55,980 nucleotides of DNA. Source: Macrostomum lignano. Lineage: Eukaryota. A program made the position numbers and the translations under genes. Numbering within the stretch: the first letter of the stretch is position 1; each line of letters opens with the position of its first letter. Below are positions 37,414-49,171 of the stretch, piece after piece. The notes below the pieces were generated by a model that saw only the letters and a program-made list of their open reading frames with translations, did not search any database and was not told the DNA's origin. The stretch is from assembly GCA_002269645.1 (NCBI GenBank), contig NIVC01000593.1, positions 1 through 55,980 of the forward strand, in the 5' to 3' direction.

Positions 37414-37934
37414 CACGGTTCGGTGCAGTGAGTGAGCCAGTGTTTTTGGTAAATCTGAACGTGAAGGCACAGCTGGTGTGTGGGAAGCTTCAGGAGGAGC
37501 AGGTGTTGCGAGGAACATGCCGCTTCGCCCAGTAGAAACCCGAGCCCGTGGAAAAGTGGCAAGTTGCAGTTGCACCTTTTGCGCCGGGGTCTGCAACACG
37601 CCCAATACGAGCGTAGTTTCGAGTGGTTTCATTTGCTTCCCTTACGCAAACTTCTTACGAGCAACTGCAGATCCTGAGGTTCGCCCTCGACGTAGCAGCA
37701 TATCGCTGCCCTAATTTCTTCATCCATCTTTATTCCTAATTTCTCTCGCCCACTGCAATCAATGCCACGAACTTCTGATAAAAGTTCATTTGTGCTGATC
37801 GAGTTTTGAATTCATTCTGATCTGTTCTAGCGTTCTTATTTGCAAAGCTTATGCAGTGCCTGTTTTTCTTTTGAAGAATATCCAAATAAAATTATTTTTA
37901 TAGGGTTTCGAAGCCCTAAATCTAGTAAGGCTTT

Positions 37935-38300
37935 TACGCACAGGGAGTGAGGTGGCTACATTGTTTGGGGTTTTACGCACAGGGAGTGAGGTGGCTACAT
38001 TGGTTGGGGGCTTTACGCACAGGGAGCGAGGTGGCTACATTGTTTGGGGGTTTTACGCACAAGGAGTGAGGTGGCTACATTGGTTGGGGTTTTACGCACA
38101 GGGAGCGAGGTGGCTACATTGGTTGGGGGTTTTACGCACAAGGAGTGAGGTGGCTACATTGGTTGGGGGTTTTACGCACAAGGAGTGAGGTTGGCTACAT
38201 TGGTTGGGGGTTTTACGCACAAGGAGTGAGGTGGCTACATTGGTTGGGGGTTTTACGCACAAGGAGTGAGGTGGCTACATTGGTTGGGGGTTTTAAGCAT
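37935..38300. repeat. ~40-bp minisatellite (TTTTACGCACAGGGAGTGAGGTGGCTACATTGGTTGGGGG)n
   Basis: About 9 copies. Confidence 0.93.
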
Positions 38301-38455
38301 AGAGAGTGAGTTGCTACATAGCTCGTAGTTGAGCGGTTGTGAGGGTTCTGTACTGACTAGAGTCCAGGAAATTTAAAGCAATACAAAGATTCACAGTAGA
38401 ACAGTCAATGTAAAAAAACTACAAAACAAGCGCAACATCCCGTTAATCTACGCAG

Positions 38456-38606
38456 GTAATTCGACTGAAATGTGAAGAGAAGCAGCACTGCCAGCTCGAA
38501 CCAACCGGCCAGTCGAATCGGCAGGAATCGGCCCCCGATCCCTACGAGCTGGAGTCGTGCGAACAGCTGACTTCGCTTCTGGCTGTGACCTACGCGTGCG
38601 AGCCTA
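38456..38606 (+). CDS. EVA-1-like receptor, exon 3 (second half of SUEL domain 1)
   Basis: Acceptor CTACGCAG. Encodes VIRLKCEEKQHCQLEP...ESCEQLTSLLAVTYACEP. Donor GTGAGT at 38607, phase 1. Confidence 0.85.
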
Positions 38607-38740
38607 GTGAGTTTCTACGCTCGTATCCTGCTTTATAGTGGAGGCTTGTTGATCTACGCTCCTATAAAGAATTTTTCAAACCTTATCCAGACATTTTCAG
38701 AAGAGTGATTGTAGGATTTTACCACCTTACTTTACTGCAG

Positions 38741-39034
38741 ACATCAGCACCCGTTTCCTCTGCGCTGACACCTATGCCAGCATCGGCTGCGAGGACAGTA
38801 AACGGCGCCTGCTGCTTCTTGACGCGATCCTGACTGACCGGCACATTTTTCGGGACTCAGTCTGCCCGAACACCGCCAACCCGGAGCAGGGGGCCGCCCG
38901 CTGTCCCGACAGGTCCGCCCTAGCCTCCGTTGGCGGCGACTGCAACAGCCGACAGTCCTGCACCGTGGGCGCCGCACAAGGTGACACTCTGACTGGATGC
39001 GCCAGGCCTAACCTGCTGATCGCCTTCGCTTGCG
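38741..39034 (+). CDS. EVA-1-like receptor, exon 4 (SUEL domain 2)
   Basis: Acceptor TTACTGCAG. Encodes FLCADTYASIGCEDSKRRLLL...VC...C...DCNSRQSCTV...C..PNLLIAFAC. Donor GTGAGT at 39035. Confidence 0.85.
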
Positions 39035-39039
39035 GTGAG

Positions 39040-39159
39040 TGGGTTGGTTGGTTGGTTGGTTGCTTGGTTGCTTGGTTGCATGCTTGGTTGCTTGGTTGCA
39101 TGCTTGGTTGCTTGGTTGCTTGGTTGCTTGGTTGCTTGGTTGCTTGGTTGCTTGGTTGG

Positions 39160-39190
<31 letters not shown>

Positions 39191-39440
39191 GTTGCTTGGT
39201 TGCTTGGTTTGCTTGCTTGGTTGCTTGGTTTCTTGGTTGATTGGTTGATTGGTTGATTGGTTGCTTGGTTGCTTGGTTGGTTGGTTGGTTGGTTGCTTGA
39301 TTGGTTGGTTCGTTGGTTCGTTGGTTCGTTGGTTGCTTGGTTGCTTGGTTGGTTGCTTGGTTGCTTGGTTGCTTGGTTGCTTGGTTGCTTGGTTTTTTGG
39401 TTGCTTGGTTGGTTGGTTGGTTGCTTGCTTGCTTGCTTGG
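39040..39440. repeat. (TTGG/TTGC)n compound microsatellite filling intron 4
   Basis: Starts right after the donor and ends ~30 bp before the acceptor. Confidence 0.95.
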
Positions 39441-39472
39441 TCCTCAAACTTCCCTATCGTCGACCATTCCAG

Positions 39473-39682
39473 TGCCACGCAGAAGCCTCTCAGGCGCAGG
39501 GAAAAATCTAGTCGATGGATACCCAGATGACACCCGGGACGAATTTGGACCGCATCAGAGTCCGAATTCTGGCGGTTCCGATGTCAGCAACGAGGCAGAT
39601 CTTCAAGCCGACAGTCGACCACCGCAGCAGCCCACCGACTCTAAGGACGTGACCAGGTCCGACTCAACGCCCACGGATTCTG
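39473..39682 (+). CDS. EVA-1-like receptor, exon 5 (D/S/P-rich stalk)
   Basis: Acceptor CATTCCAG. Encodes VPRRSLSGAGK...STPTDS. Donor GTAAGC at 39683, phase 1-1. Confidence 0.75.
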
Positions 39683-40946
39683 GTAAGCCGGAGGAAATGT
39701 TAGATGGGATGCTACATTGGAAACCGAGTACTAATCGGGATAAGGATTTGCCTTTTCATATTCGTTCCGCCGTTGCTGAAATGGATTAAAACTACGGGGA
39801 TGGAGAGAGTATTAAAGGATAAACAGGAAAAGAGGATCATATATGGAAGAGAGCGGCTGCTCCTCCCCTCTCACCCCGGTCCTTTGGGATCAGTTGCGCT
39901 GTGAAGGGTCGGGGGACTGAGAATTGGCACGCCATCCATCGGCTAACGGGACAGCTGGGACGCGGAGCTCTCAAAGTAGCGTTCCGTGGTGAGGGCAAGG
40001 CCAGGCAAGCAGATTAGCCAGTGGCTTGGGCCCTGGTTGCTGGGCCGTACTGGCGAATGTGCCTGAGAGGGTTGGCGGCTCGTCGACATGCAAGCCAGTT
40101 TAAGAGTACTCAGAGAATTTTAAAGCTAAGGTAAGAGATACTATAGATTAGAGAAATAGCCCCTGAGAGTAAAGTTGAGAGGACAAAGGAGTGACACAGA
40201 GAACGAAAAATTGAAGACAACATAATGTATTATGGAAATTACGAGCTAGATTGACGTATACGATATAGATATTGAAAAAGAAATAAAGAGGGACGAAGCT
40301 AAACGCATAGACACTCAGTCACACTGACTCAGACGCAATTATGCGACTTTAAGACACTCTCATACGGCATTGAAACATTATCATTATAGCATAGATAGAA
40401 GGCTCGTTTAAGTCGCCATCAATTGAGTCATAGAGCCATCTCATGAAAAATTAGAAGTTCAGCCGTTGAGGCACAAAAACATTACTAAGACAAATAGGAC
40501 AACTGGACGCATGTTTTAGCGGCCTCATCTTGTCTCTCGCTCACGCAAATTAAATAAAGGCAGAAAGAGTGTAACGAGATGTCTAGGCGCACTGTAGCCA
40601 GAGTGAGAGCGCGAATGAGAGTGAAAGAGCCACGGCAGGACGGTCGCTCTCTGACAAATGTAAAACCTAAATAATTTATCACCATTTTACATCTCCACGC
40701 GCATCTGTCAGCTAGGTGTAGCGGACCCGGCACCGCATGCAGGACCTCCGGTTCGTCCTCCTTCTCTTCCTTCTCCGCCTCTCTGCGTTTCTATAGTTTG
40801 TCTTCTCACCCCTCGTTTCCATTTCTCCCCTATAGTGGTTGAGTACGAGCTTAGACGCGTATGCATGAATGGAAATGTTTTTTCTCTTCTAGGAAAAATA
40901 TCCCTTCGTTGTTGGGTTAATCAACAGGGTTGTCCAGTTCTGGTCA

Positions 40947-41439
40947 AGAGAGAGGGAGAGAGGGAGAGGGAGAGAGAGAGAGAGGGAGAGAGAGAGAGAG
41001 GGAGAGAGAGAGAGGGAGAGGGAGAGAGAGAGAGGGAGAGAGAGAGAGGGAGAGGGAGAGAGAGAGAGGGAGAGGGAGAGAGAGAGAGGAGAGGGAGAGA
41101 GAGAGGGAGAGGGAGAGAGAGAGAGGGAGAGGGAGAGAGAGAGGGAGAGAGAGAGGGAGAGAGAGAGAGGGAGAGAGAGAGAGGGAGAGGGAGAGAGAGA
41201 GAGGGAGAGGGAGAGAGAGAGGGAGAGGGAGAGAGAGAGAGAGGGAGAGGGAGAGAGAGAGGGAGAGAGAGAGAGGGAGAGAGAGAGAGGGAGAGAGAGA
41301 GAGGGAGAGGGAGAGAGAGAGGGAGAGAGAGAGAGGGAGAGAGAGAGAGGGAGAGAGAGAGAGGGAGAGGGAGAGAGAGAGAGGGAGAGGGAGAGAGGGA
41401 GAGGGAGAGAGAGAGAGGGAGAGGGAGAGAGAGAGAGGG

Positions 41440-41507
<68 letters not shown>
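40947..41507. repeat. GA/GGA-rich microsatellite
   Basis: Directly visible. Confidence 0.95.
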
Positions 41508-41510
<3 letters not shown>

Positions 41511-42404
41511 TTTGTGCAATTTATTTTCTGTTGCATATTTTAAAAAATACAGCAGAACAGAATGATAATTGTTTTGATTTATTCGCTGCCAGCCAGTTTA
41601 CAATACACTGTCGGGAACTCGGAGTTGGGCTCGAGGAAATTCTTGCCAGTTGAGATTCCTGAGTGGGAGAGAGAGACAGACAGGATTGAAATGGAATGTC
41701 CTCGAGGGTCCCCTGGGGTCGCGGGGTCGCTTAGAAAATTGCAGCCCTTGCACTCCCCAGCCTCTCCGCCTCATCCATACCGATGCGGGCGGGTTTAGCG
41801 TTACGTAATTCCTTTCAACAGTTGTCCAGGGCTTACTTAGACTAAATTATAATGCTGCATCTCCCGTTCTTTCCTCGCGCTCCGCCCCAGTCTCCTGCAT
41901 CTTCTATTCTCGCCTACTGTTTCATGCACATATTTTTCATCTGTTAGTCTAGTTTCCATCGCTTTCCTCTCCAGACCCTCTGCTTTCCTTCTCCGCACCC
42001 CAAAGCAGAAATTGCTTCCTTTACGACGCAAAAAAGCAGCAGGATTTTTTCAAGAAAATTTTGTTTGTTTTTTCCGGTCCATATTTAGAAGTTAAAAATG
42101 GCCTCACTCTTTGTCTGCAGTATCGCAATATTGGTGACAGAAAATATGCATTTTGTCACGAGAGATCTGCGGGGTTGAGGCTTATGAGGCCAAGGGGGCA
42201 GGAGCAGAGGGGGTAGTTGCCCTCCCGGCATTGAGATGGGGCACTGCCTCCCCTGATCGAAGGGAGGTCAGAGGGGTCAGATGCCCTCCCCCCTACCACC
42301 TACTGAAAATGGTGGGGGTGCGTCATGTTGCCTGAAATATTCTTGACTGTGGCGCTCAAAAAAATTAATGTGTCTGTCAAAATTGTCTGTCCCAATATGA
42401 AATA

Positions 42405-42962
42405 TTGGATATGAGATATGCGAGATATGAAATATTTGATACGAGATATGCAAGATATGAAATATTGGATATGAGATATGTGAGATATGAAATATTTGAT
42501 ATGAGATATGCGAGATATGAAATATTGGATATGAGATATGCGAGATATGAAATATTTGATATGAGATATGCGAGATATGAAATATTTGATACGAGATATG
42601 CAAGATATGAAATATTGGATATGAGATATGTGAGATATGAAATATTTGATATGAGATATGCGAGATATGAAATATTGGATATGAGATATGCGAGATATGA
42701 AATATTTGATATGAGATATGCGAGATATGAAATATTGGATATGAGATATGCGAGATATGAAATATTGGATATGAGATATGCGAGATATGAAATATTGGAT
42801 ATGAGATATGCGAGATATGAAATATTGGATATGAGATATGCGAGATATGAAATATTGGATACGAGATATGCGAGATATGAAATATTGGATATGAGATATG
42901 CGAGATATGAAATATTTGATATGAGATATGCGAGATATGAAATATTGGATATGAGATATGAG
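42405..42962. repeat. 30-bp minisatellite (GATATGAGATATGCGAGATATGAAATATTG)n
   Basis: About 18 copies, ending ~45 bp before the acceptor at 43007. Confidence 0.95.
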
Positions 42963-43007
42963 AAACCAAAATTATCCGACCTGGCAATCAATCCCGCCAA
43001 AACTCAG

Positions 43008-43513
43008 ACAACGGTCACCTTGGCAACGTCCCATTGCTGGGCGCTTGCGCAGCCGGCGGTCTGGCCGTTCTGCTAGTTGCCGGGACTGCCGCTTGCCTAG
43101 CAAGCAGGCGTTGGCTGGCGGCCAGGCGACGCCGCGAAGAGGAACGACTGGCCAGAGTTCACCTCAGCAAGCAGATTCCGCCGCCGTCGACTTACCTGCC
43201 GATGCCGGCGGCCGCCGAGGCGTTGCTGAAACTGCCGGCGCCGCCGCAGTCGCCTGACGGCCAGCCGGCCTCCCAGAACGTCTCCGTGTGCCTCACCGGC
43301 CAGCTCAGCTCGCCGCCGCAGACGTCGGCTTCATCGGCGGCTGACGCCGGCAGCGATCGACAATCGTCGTCGACGTCGACATTCCTCACCGGGACAACGG
43401 GCTCGGGTTCGATTCCTTCGCCGAGGGAGTCGTTGGCTACCTACTCTGTGCATCGGAATCACTGCGCCAGCGCTGTGCTGCACGAGATTAACCAGCAGTT
43501 GGCCTTGATCTAG
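43008..43513 (+). CDS. EVA-1-like receptor, last exon (TM helix and cytoplasmic tail)
   Basis: Acceptor AAAACTCAG, phase 1. TM VPLLGACAAGGLAVLLVAGTAACLA, then a basic stop-transfer RRWLAARRRR and a P/S-rich tail. Stop TAG at 43511-43513. Confidence 0.8.
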
Positions 43514-43725
43514 CTGGGGTGGACATGCCGATCTAGCTGGGGTGGACATGCTGATCTAGCTGGGGTGGACATGCCGATCTAGCTGGGGTGGACATGCTGA
43601 TCTAGCTGGGGTGGACATGCCGATCTAGCTGGGGTGGACACGCCGATCTAGCTGGGGTGGACATGCCGATCTAGCTGGGGTGGACACGCCGATCTAGCTG
43701 GGGTGGACATGCGGATCTAGCTGCA
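43506..43725. repeat. 23-bp minisatellite (GATCTAGCTGGGGTGGACATGCC)n
   Basis: About 9 copies. The first unit contains the gene's stop codon. Confidence 0.95.
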
Positions 43726-45369
43726 GGGGGTGGACATGCTGATCTGTGGACACGCTAACCGAGCTTCGGCTGACATACTGATCTATTGCGAGTGGGCCAA
43801 TCTAGAGATAGGCCAAAGCAGCTAAGCAGCGAACTTAATTATATTGGCCAAAAAGCACCAAAAACATTTGCCCAAAAGATGCACTACAGACCATCGATCT
43901 CATGTAGCTTATTTCTCATATCCACTGTACAGAGTACCTGTACCACTGACTTGCGCCCATCCTTTGCGTTTTGAAATTTGCATGATCTCTTGTCACGTCC
44001 CGCGTTGTCTTGTGGAGTTTCCGATGCTTAAGCAGACATATTATTCATTATTTTGTTTTTTCTGATTCTCTCTGGTATTAGTACAGTAAAGGTTGCAACA
44101 AATAGTGATAAAAATATATACCTACTTATTTGCTTTTGTGTCCGAAATTTCAAGATCCCAAATATTGCAAATTGCAGTTCAGTAATGTGTTGGGAAGTTT
44201 CTAAGATTTGACTGCTTTCTTGGACTGAGCTTGCAAGTAAAGCGGCTATTATTCGATAGATCTGCTGCGTTGTATAGTTGATATACATATACTATTTTTA
44301 CTTCAAATACTCGTATGCAAACTACATAGATAACTTTAATCGCATGAACGTACAACATATTAGAAGTATCAATATTTGATTTTAATTTGTGACTCCCGCC
44401 GTTGTGTAAAAATTAACTTAAAAATTAAGTTGGCCGAGACTAACTCTGTACGTCCTAGAACTGACACAATTAAATTGAAACAATCAATTAAACTCGCTTG
44501 TACTTTTGTTTTTTATCATTTCTGGAGATGAGCGAAACCTATTTACTTTTATGATTCCCATTCTTCTCGCCATTTCTTTAACCGAAACAACCTTATTTCG
44601 GTGTTTTCTTACAACCTTCCTCGCCAATCGCCTGACGGGGTTGGGTGAGGGAAACTAATCGATTTTCTAGCTAGTCAACACCACCCACTTTTCTAACCTC
44701 CAACCCCAGATCATTTTAACTCTGGCTTGGCCGCGTGTTTGGTTAAGTAAGTGAAGTCTATCGATTTTCTCGCTGGCCGGCCAACCCCACCTAGCTACCC
44801 ACCCCACTTTTCTTACCCCAGTAGATCACTTAATTCATTGCCACCAATTTGCAGCCCTGTTGGCCGAGTTAAGTGAAGTCTATCGATTTTCTCGCAGGCC
44901 GGCTAACCAAACCCAGCTATCCACGCCACTTTCCTACCCCACACTGTTTACAGTCCATAATAATTCGCTTACGTCTAACTCACTTTTAATTACCCAGCGA
45001 ATCCCTTTTCCTTTCCTCGCTATACAAAAATCAGCAATTTAAAGGTGTGCTTTACAGTGGCGTAGCCAGGGGGGCCGGGGGGGCCGCGGCCCCCCCCTTA
45101 ATCGCCTACGGGTGGGGTTGGGCGCGGAGGGTACCAAAAACCATGAGGCTAGAGATGCCAAAAACCGGCATTTCTGAGAACCGGTTAACCGGTTTGAAAA
45201 CCGCCTTTTATAAGAAAACCGGTTTTTAAAAACCGGTTTGTGCGCCAAGTTTTTAAAAAGCACTAAATAAGCATAGAACTTATATACAATCGTGAATTCA
45301 CCCATTTTAAAACAAATCGATTGCTGAAGCTTTATTTTGTTAATTTACTTAACTTTAAATGATCATGAT

Positions 45370-46291
45370 TAGGGATTCCAATCCCGGGATCCCGGGATTG
45401 GGGCCAAAAATCCGGGATTTGAATCCCGGGATTTTTTTGGGAATCGAATCCCGGGATTTTTAATCCCGGGATTGCAAAAGACCGGGATCGGGATCCCGGG
45501 ATTTCAAGACCTTAATCCCGGGATTGGTCCGGGATTAGAACAACCTTTCAATGCCTAAATTAGATAATTTAAAGTCTAAACGTTTATTTGAATAATAAAA
45601 AAATTATTTGTTTTTGCTGTTTCTCAATGAAACGTTACACATTTGCAAAGCTCCTGTCCTAATTGAGCTAAAAATTGTTAATGTGAACTGTAAATGATAG
45701 ATAATTTTAACTTTTTTTCGTTTTCTACCACGAGACGAGACTGAGGGCCTTTTCATATTGCTTGCTCTGGTTCCAGAACAAGAACCAATTTGTGAAGTAT
45801 AACTTTTTGTCTCCATAACTAGAGGGAGATACGTGCTATAAAGTTTTTATTATTGAATGACAGTCGCCAAGAAGAAAGTGAAAAATCGTGCAAAGTGAGG
45901 CTGTTAAGGTAGTCAAATATTAACAGAGTTTAATAGTTATACTGCTGTTTTTCTTCGAGTTCCGAACCGATTCTGGTTCTGGAATTGGTAATATGAAAAG
46001 GCCCTGAGACTCTGAGTGTCGCGAGACCATGACTACTGCACGCGGCACGCCGCACAGTCAGTCTAGCAATTAGGGATTCCAATCCCGGGATCCCGGGATC
46101 CCGGGATTGGGGCCAAAAATCCGGGATTTGAATCCCGGGATTTTTTTGGGAATCGAATCTTGGGATTTTTAATCCCGGGATTGCAAAAGCACCGGGATTC
46201 CGGGATTTTGAATCCCGGGATTTCAACAGCATCGGGATTTCGGGACTATTCAATCCCGGGATTGTAAAATGTCGGGATTTTGGAATCCCTA
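45370..46291. mobile_element. hAT-type non-autonomous element C (nested in B)
   Basis: TIR TAGGGATTCC. Many palindromic ATCCCGGGAT subterminal motifs. Perfect 8-bp TSD ATCATGAT at 45362-45369 and 46292-46299. Confidence 0.9.
45745..46004. mobile_element. PIF/Harbinger (Tourist)-like MITE D (nested in C)
   Basis: Perfect 15-bp TIR GGGCCTTTTCATATT. 3-bp TSD TGA at 45742-45744 and 46005-46007. Confidence 0.75.
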
Positions 46292-47760
46292 ATCATGATG
46301 CCGCCAATAATGATAACGATAACGATTTTTTGTGAATTGTGAATAACAAGATTGTGCGAACATTTTAAAGTTTAAACTTAAAACGATTCACTTGTTTGTG
46401 AACTTGTGGTTGTGATGCATGCATGCCGTGACGTTATGGGGTTGTCGTCAGACTCATATCACATTATATGGCCTTAAGGCTCAAGTCAATCAAAATAGTA
46501 ATCTTAATAACTGGCTGTTATCCGAGTACATATAAATAAGTAAGTATTGTCCCGCCTGCAAATTCCAACCCTTTATTTTTTTAGTATCATTTGTAATTTG
46601 TAATCATTGACCTTTCTTAGAAAAATGAAAACAAACTTTTCTTGGTACGATTAACGATTATGATTACGAATCATTACAAATCTATGATTACTTACGAATA
46701 CGATTTACGATTATGAAGTTACAAAGTAACGATTTAGAAAAATTATGTTAGCAGTTATTGTTTTCTCCAAAGTGCAAAAATTGTGAGGCATAATTAAAAT
46801 TAAAAACCCATTAAAAACCGTCAAAAAACCGGACAAAAAACCGGTTTTAAAACCGGTTGGCATCCCTACATGAGGCAATTGAGTGCCTGCGGCCGCGGCG
46901 CTAAAATGAGTGCAAGCGGCGCCAAAATGAGTGCCTGCGGCGCCAAAAGTGGCAATGGCATAAAGCATGGCCAGTCATGCCAACCCGCCCCCCCCCCAAT
47001 TGAAATTCGCCACTACGCCACTGGTGCTTTATACTTCGTATTAATTTATAACATTATTTCCACCAAAATCTCTGCTTGATTTTTAAAGACTAAAAAATTA
47101 CTGCCATACAGGCAGACAGGCAGACTTAGATAGGCCAAGAAATGCGTAAAAACCAAACGGAGGAAGTGAAATCCGATCAGTCTAGATGCTCACAGCTGCA
47201 ATTTTTTATGGAAAGAAGAAAATCCAGCTCACAGAAAATCACAAAATTGCCCGGAAATTACAGCCTTCTTGCCTTCGAATTTTCCTTTCTGAAAAAAAAG
47301 ATATGGAGCAGCATCTGCTTAAGGTTGGATACATACCACAGTCAGAGACGGCATCGACAAGCAATTAAAAATAACCATATCAAATAAAACTATGACAAAA
47401 ACGCATCAAAAACACCGAAGACCATCCTGGAGCCTAAAAATAATCTGTTTGCGCTTATTTTCAATTAAGGAAATTGCCCAACTAGAACCACAAGGGCCTT
47501 GTTTTTATAAAGCTTCAAAATATCTCCAGCTCTCTCTCCAGGTCGCAGATCTTAATCCTCTCTTCCAGAGAGCCTCTTCACAATATAACAAAGCCCCATT
47601 TTAGAATCCCATATTTCTCAGTTTATCATTTATCAATTTCTCAGTTGCAATCTTATCTCTCGTTATATTTCATCGGTAGCTTAAATAAATAAATCAGATT
47701 CGTTTCAACCTACTTATGAGTAATAGCAAGCGTTTACGGGCTTCAAAATATAACATTGTT

Positions 47761-48133
47761 AATATACCTTTTAACAATTTTTTGGACATAAGTGAAGTCA
47801 ATTTAGTCATTAGCCAATAGTGCGGGGGCGGAATGACAAGCGAACTGTTTGCAGAGTTCATGGCTGAACTGTCTGCATTGCGTTCGTTTGCGTTCTTGTT
47901 TCACTACTTTGTATCTTCTCAAAGCTATAACGACTAAATAAAATTCACTTTGACTTAATAAAAGTTACAAAAGACGGATTTAGAGGAACTTGACTAAATC
48001 GATTTCATTTCTTAACTCTAGTCTATGGTAAGCCCCGACTGCTGACTAAATCAAACTCAATTTTCTAGAACTGAGCTGACAAATGACTAAATTAACTTCA
48101 CTTATGTCCAAAAAAATTGTTAAAAGGTATATT
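47761..48133. mobile_element. Foldback MITE with ~50-bp terminal inverted repeats
   Basis: AATATACCTTTTAACAATTTTTTGGACATAAGTGAAGTCAATTTAGTCATT at the left is mirrored, with about 2 differences, at ~48082-48133. Possible TA target site. Confidence 0.75.
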
Positions 48134-48159
48134 CTGATTTCAAAGTTTAACCGCCCAAT

Positions 48160-48493
48160 ATGTATCTTCCTTCAAGCACAAAGTCCTACATTATACAACT
48201 TCTCATAAACATAGATTTATTATTGAGCTTCTGGTCCAAGCCGGCCAGCTCAGTTGAGGCCTGCCTGCCAACTAAGTGGTGGCGCTGCCCCGAATCCGGG
48301 CACACGGGCCACTGCGCGCCCGGGGTCAAGGCCTACCGCTACAGCTGCAGGGAGAGCGTCAGCTTCGACCAGTGCAACTCCGGCAATTCTTGCTCGCCAA
48401 CTGTTGAAAGAGCAGACTGCAAGGCCACCTACCAGAAGGCGCTATGCCGGCCCTGGTGGACTGAGTGGTCGGCATTCTCTGAGTGCCAGCCGG
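48160..48493 (+). CDS. TSP1-repeat/Ig-domain type I membrane protein, exon 1
   Basis: Possible signal peptide, a Cys-rich TSR-like unit, then WWTEWSAFSECQP. Donor GTGAGC at 48494, phase 1. Model join(48160..48493,48843..49096,49172..49662,50537..50817,51610..52186) needs one extra nt in exon 3. Confidence 0.75.
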
Positions 48494-48589
48494 GTGAGCC
48501 AATTTTATTGATTTGATAGCATTAATTGATTGCTTCCACGAATGATTGCTAGTTCGACATTGAATTTTGGATTGATTCGGCATTTGATT

Positions 48590-48593
48590 GATG

Positions 48594-48626
<33 letters not shown>

Positions 48627-48661
48627 GTTGGTTGGTTGATTGGTTGATTAGTTTATTGATG

Positions 48662-48748
<87 letters not shown>

Positions 48749-48755
48749 GGGTTGG

Positions 48756-48810
<55 letters not shown>
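48590..48810. repeat. (GATT)n microsatellite
   Basis: Directly visible. Confidence 0.95.
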
Positions 48811-48842
48811 CTTTACTCTTGTTCAACCCAAATCAATCGCAG

Positions 48843-49096
48843 GCGAGTGCGGCGCCCGCCAGCGCAGCCAGCGCCGCCACTGCGCCGGCCTCTCCTCCCA
48901 TAAGAACCCGGCAGCCGAGCGCGGCTCCTGCCGGGACCGCCGGGTTCTGGCGAAGCTTCGCCGCCAGGGCCGGCCTATCGGCGTCCGGGCCACCGTATGC
49001 AATGTCGGTCTGCATTGCCCGAAGATCAACGGCGGCTGGAGCGAGTGGGGCGCCCCGTCCGAATGTTCAGTCACCTGCGGTCTCGGCCATAGAGAG
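48843..49096 (+). CDS. TSP1/Ig protein, exon 2
   Basis: Acceptor AATCGCAG. Encodes GECGARQRSQRRHC...NGGWSEWGAPSECSVTCGLGHRE. Donor GTAGCT at 49097. Confidence 0.88.
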
Positions 49097-49171
49097 GTAG
49101 CTACCGGATTCAGCACCCCACTACCTCCCACAATCCTATATTCAGTCCATTATTCTCCCCAATCGATGCAG

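Larger units (their letters stand above)
45150..46868. mobile_element. hAT-type non-autonomous element B (nested in A)
   Basis: TIR TAG(A/G)GATGCCAA. Subterminal AAACCGGTT motifs at both ends. Perfect 8-bp TSD CATGAGGC at 45142-45149 and 46869-46876. Confidence 0.9.
45055..47023. mobile_element. hAT-type non-autonomous element A (outer layer)
   Basis: TIR CAGTGGCGTAG...CTACGCCACTG. Perfect 8-bp TSD GTGCTTTA at 45047-45054 and 47024-47031. Confidence 0.9.

Noticed and set aside
37440-37714. GC-rich island with short ORFs on both strands in EVA-1-like intron 2
   Set aside because: No convincing splice pair or motif, and SUEL domain 1 is already complete without it.
45930-46253. 107-aa minus-strand ORF inside the transposon nest as a possible transposase
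   Set aside because: It derives from ATCCCGGGAT subterminal repeats and has no DDE, BED or dimerisation motifs.
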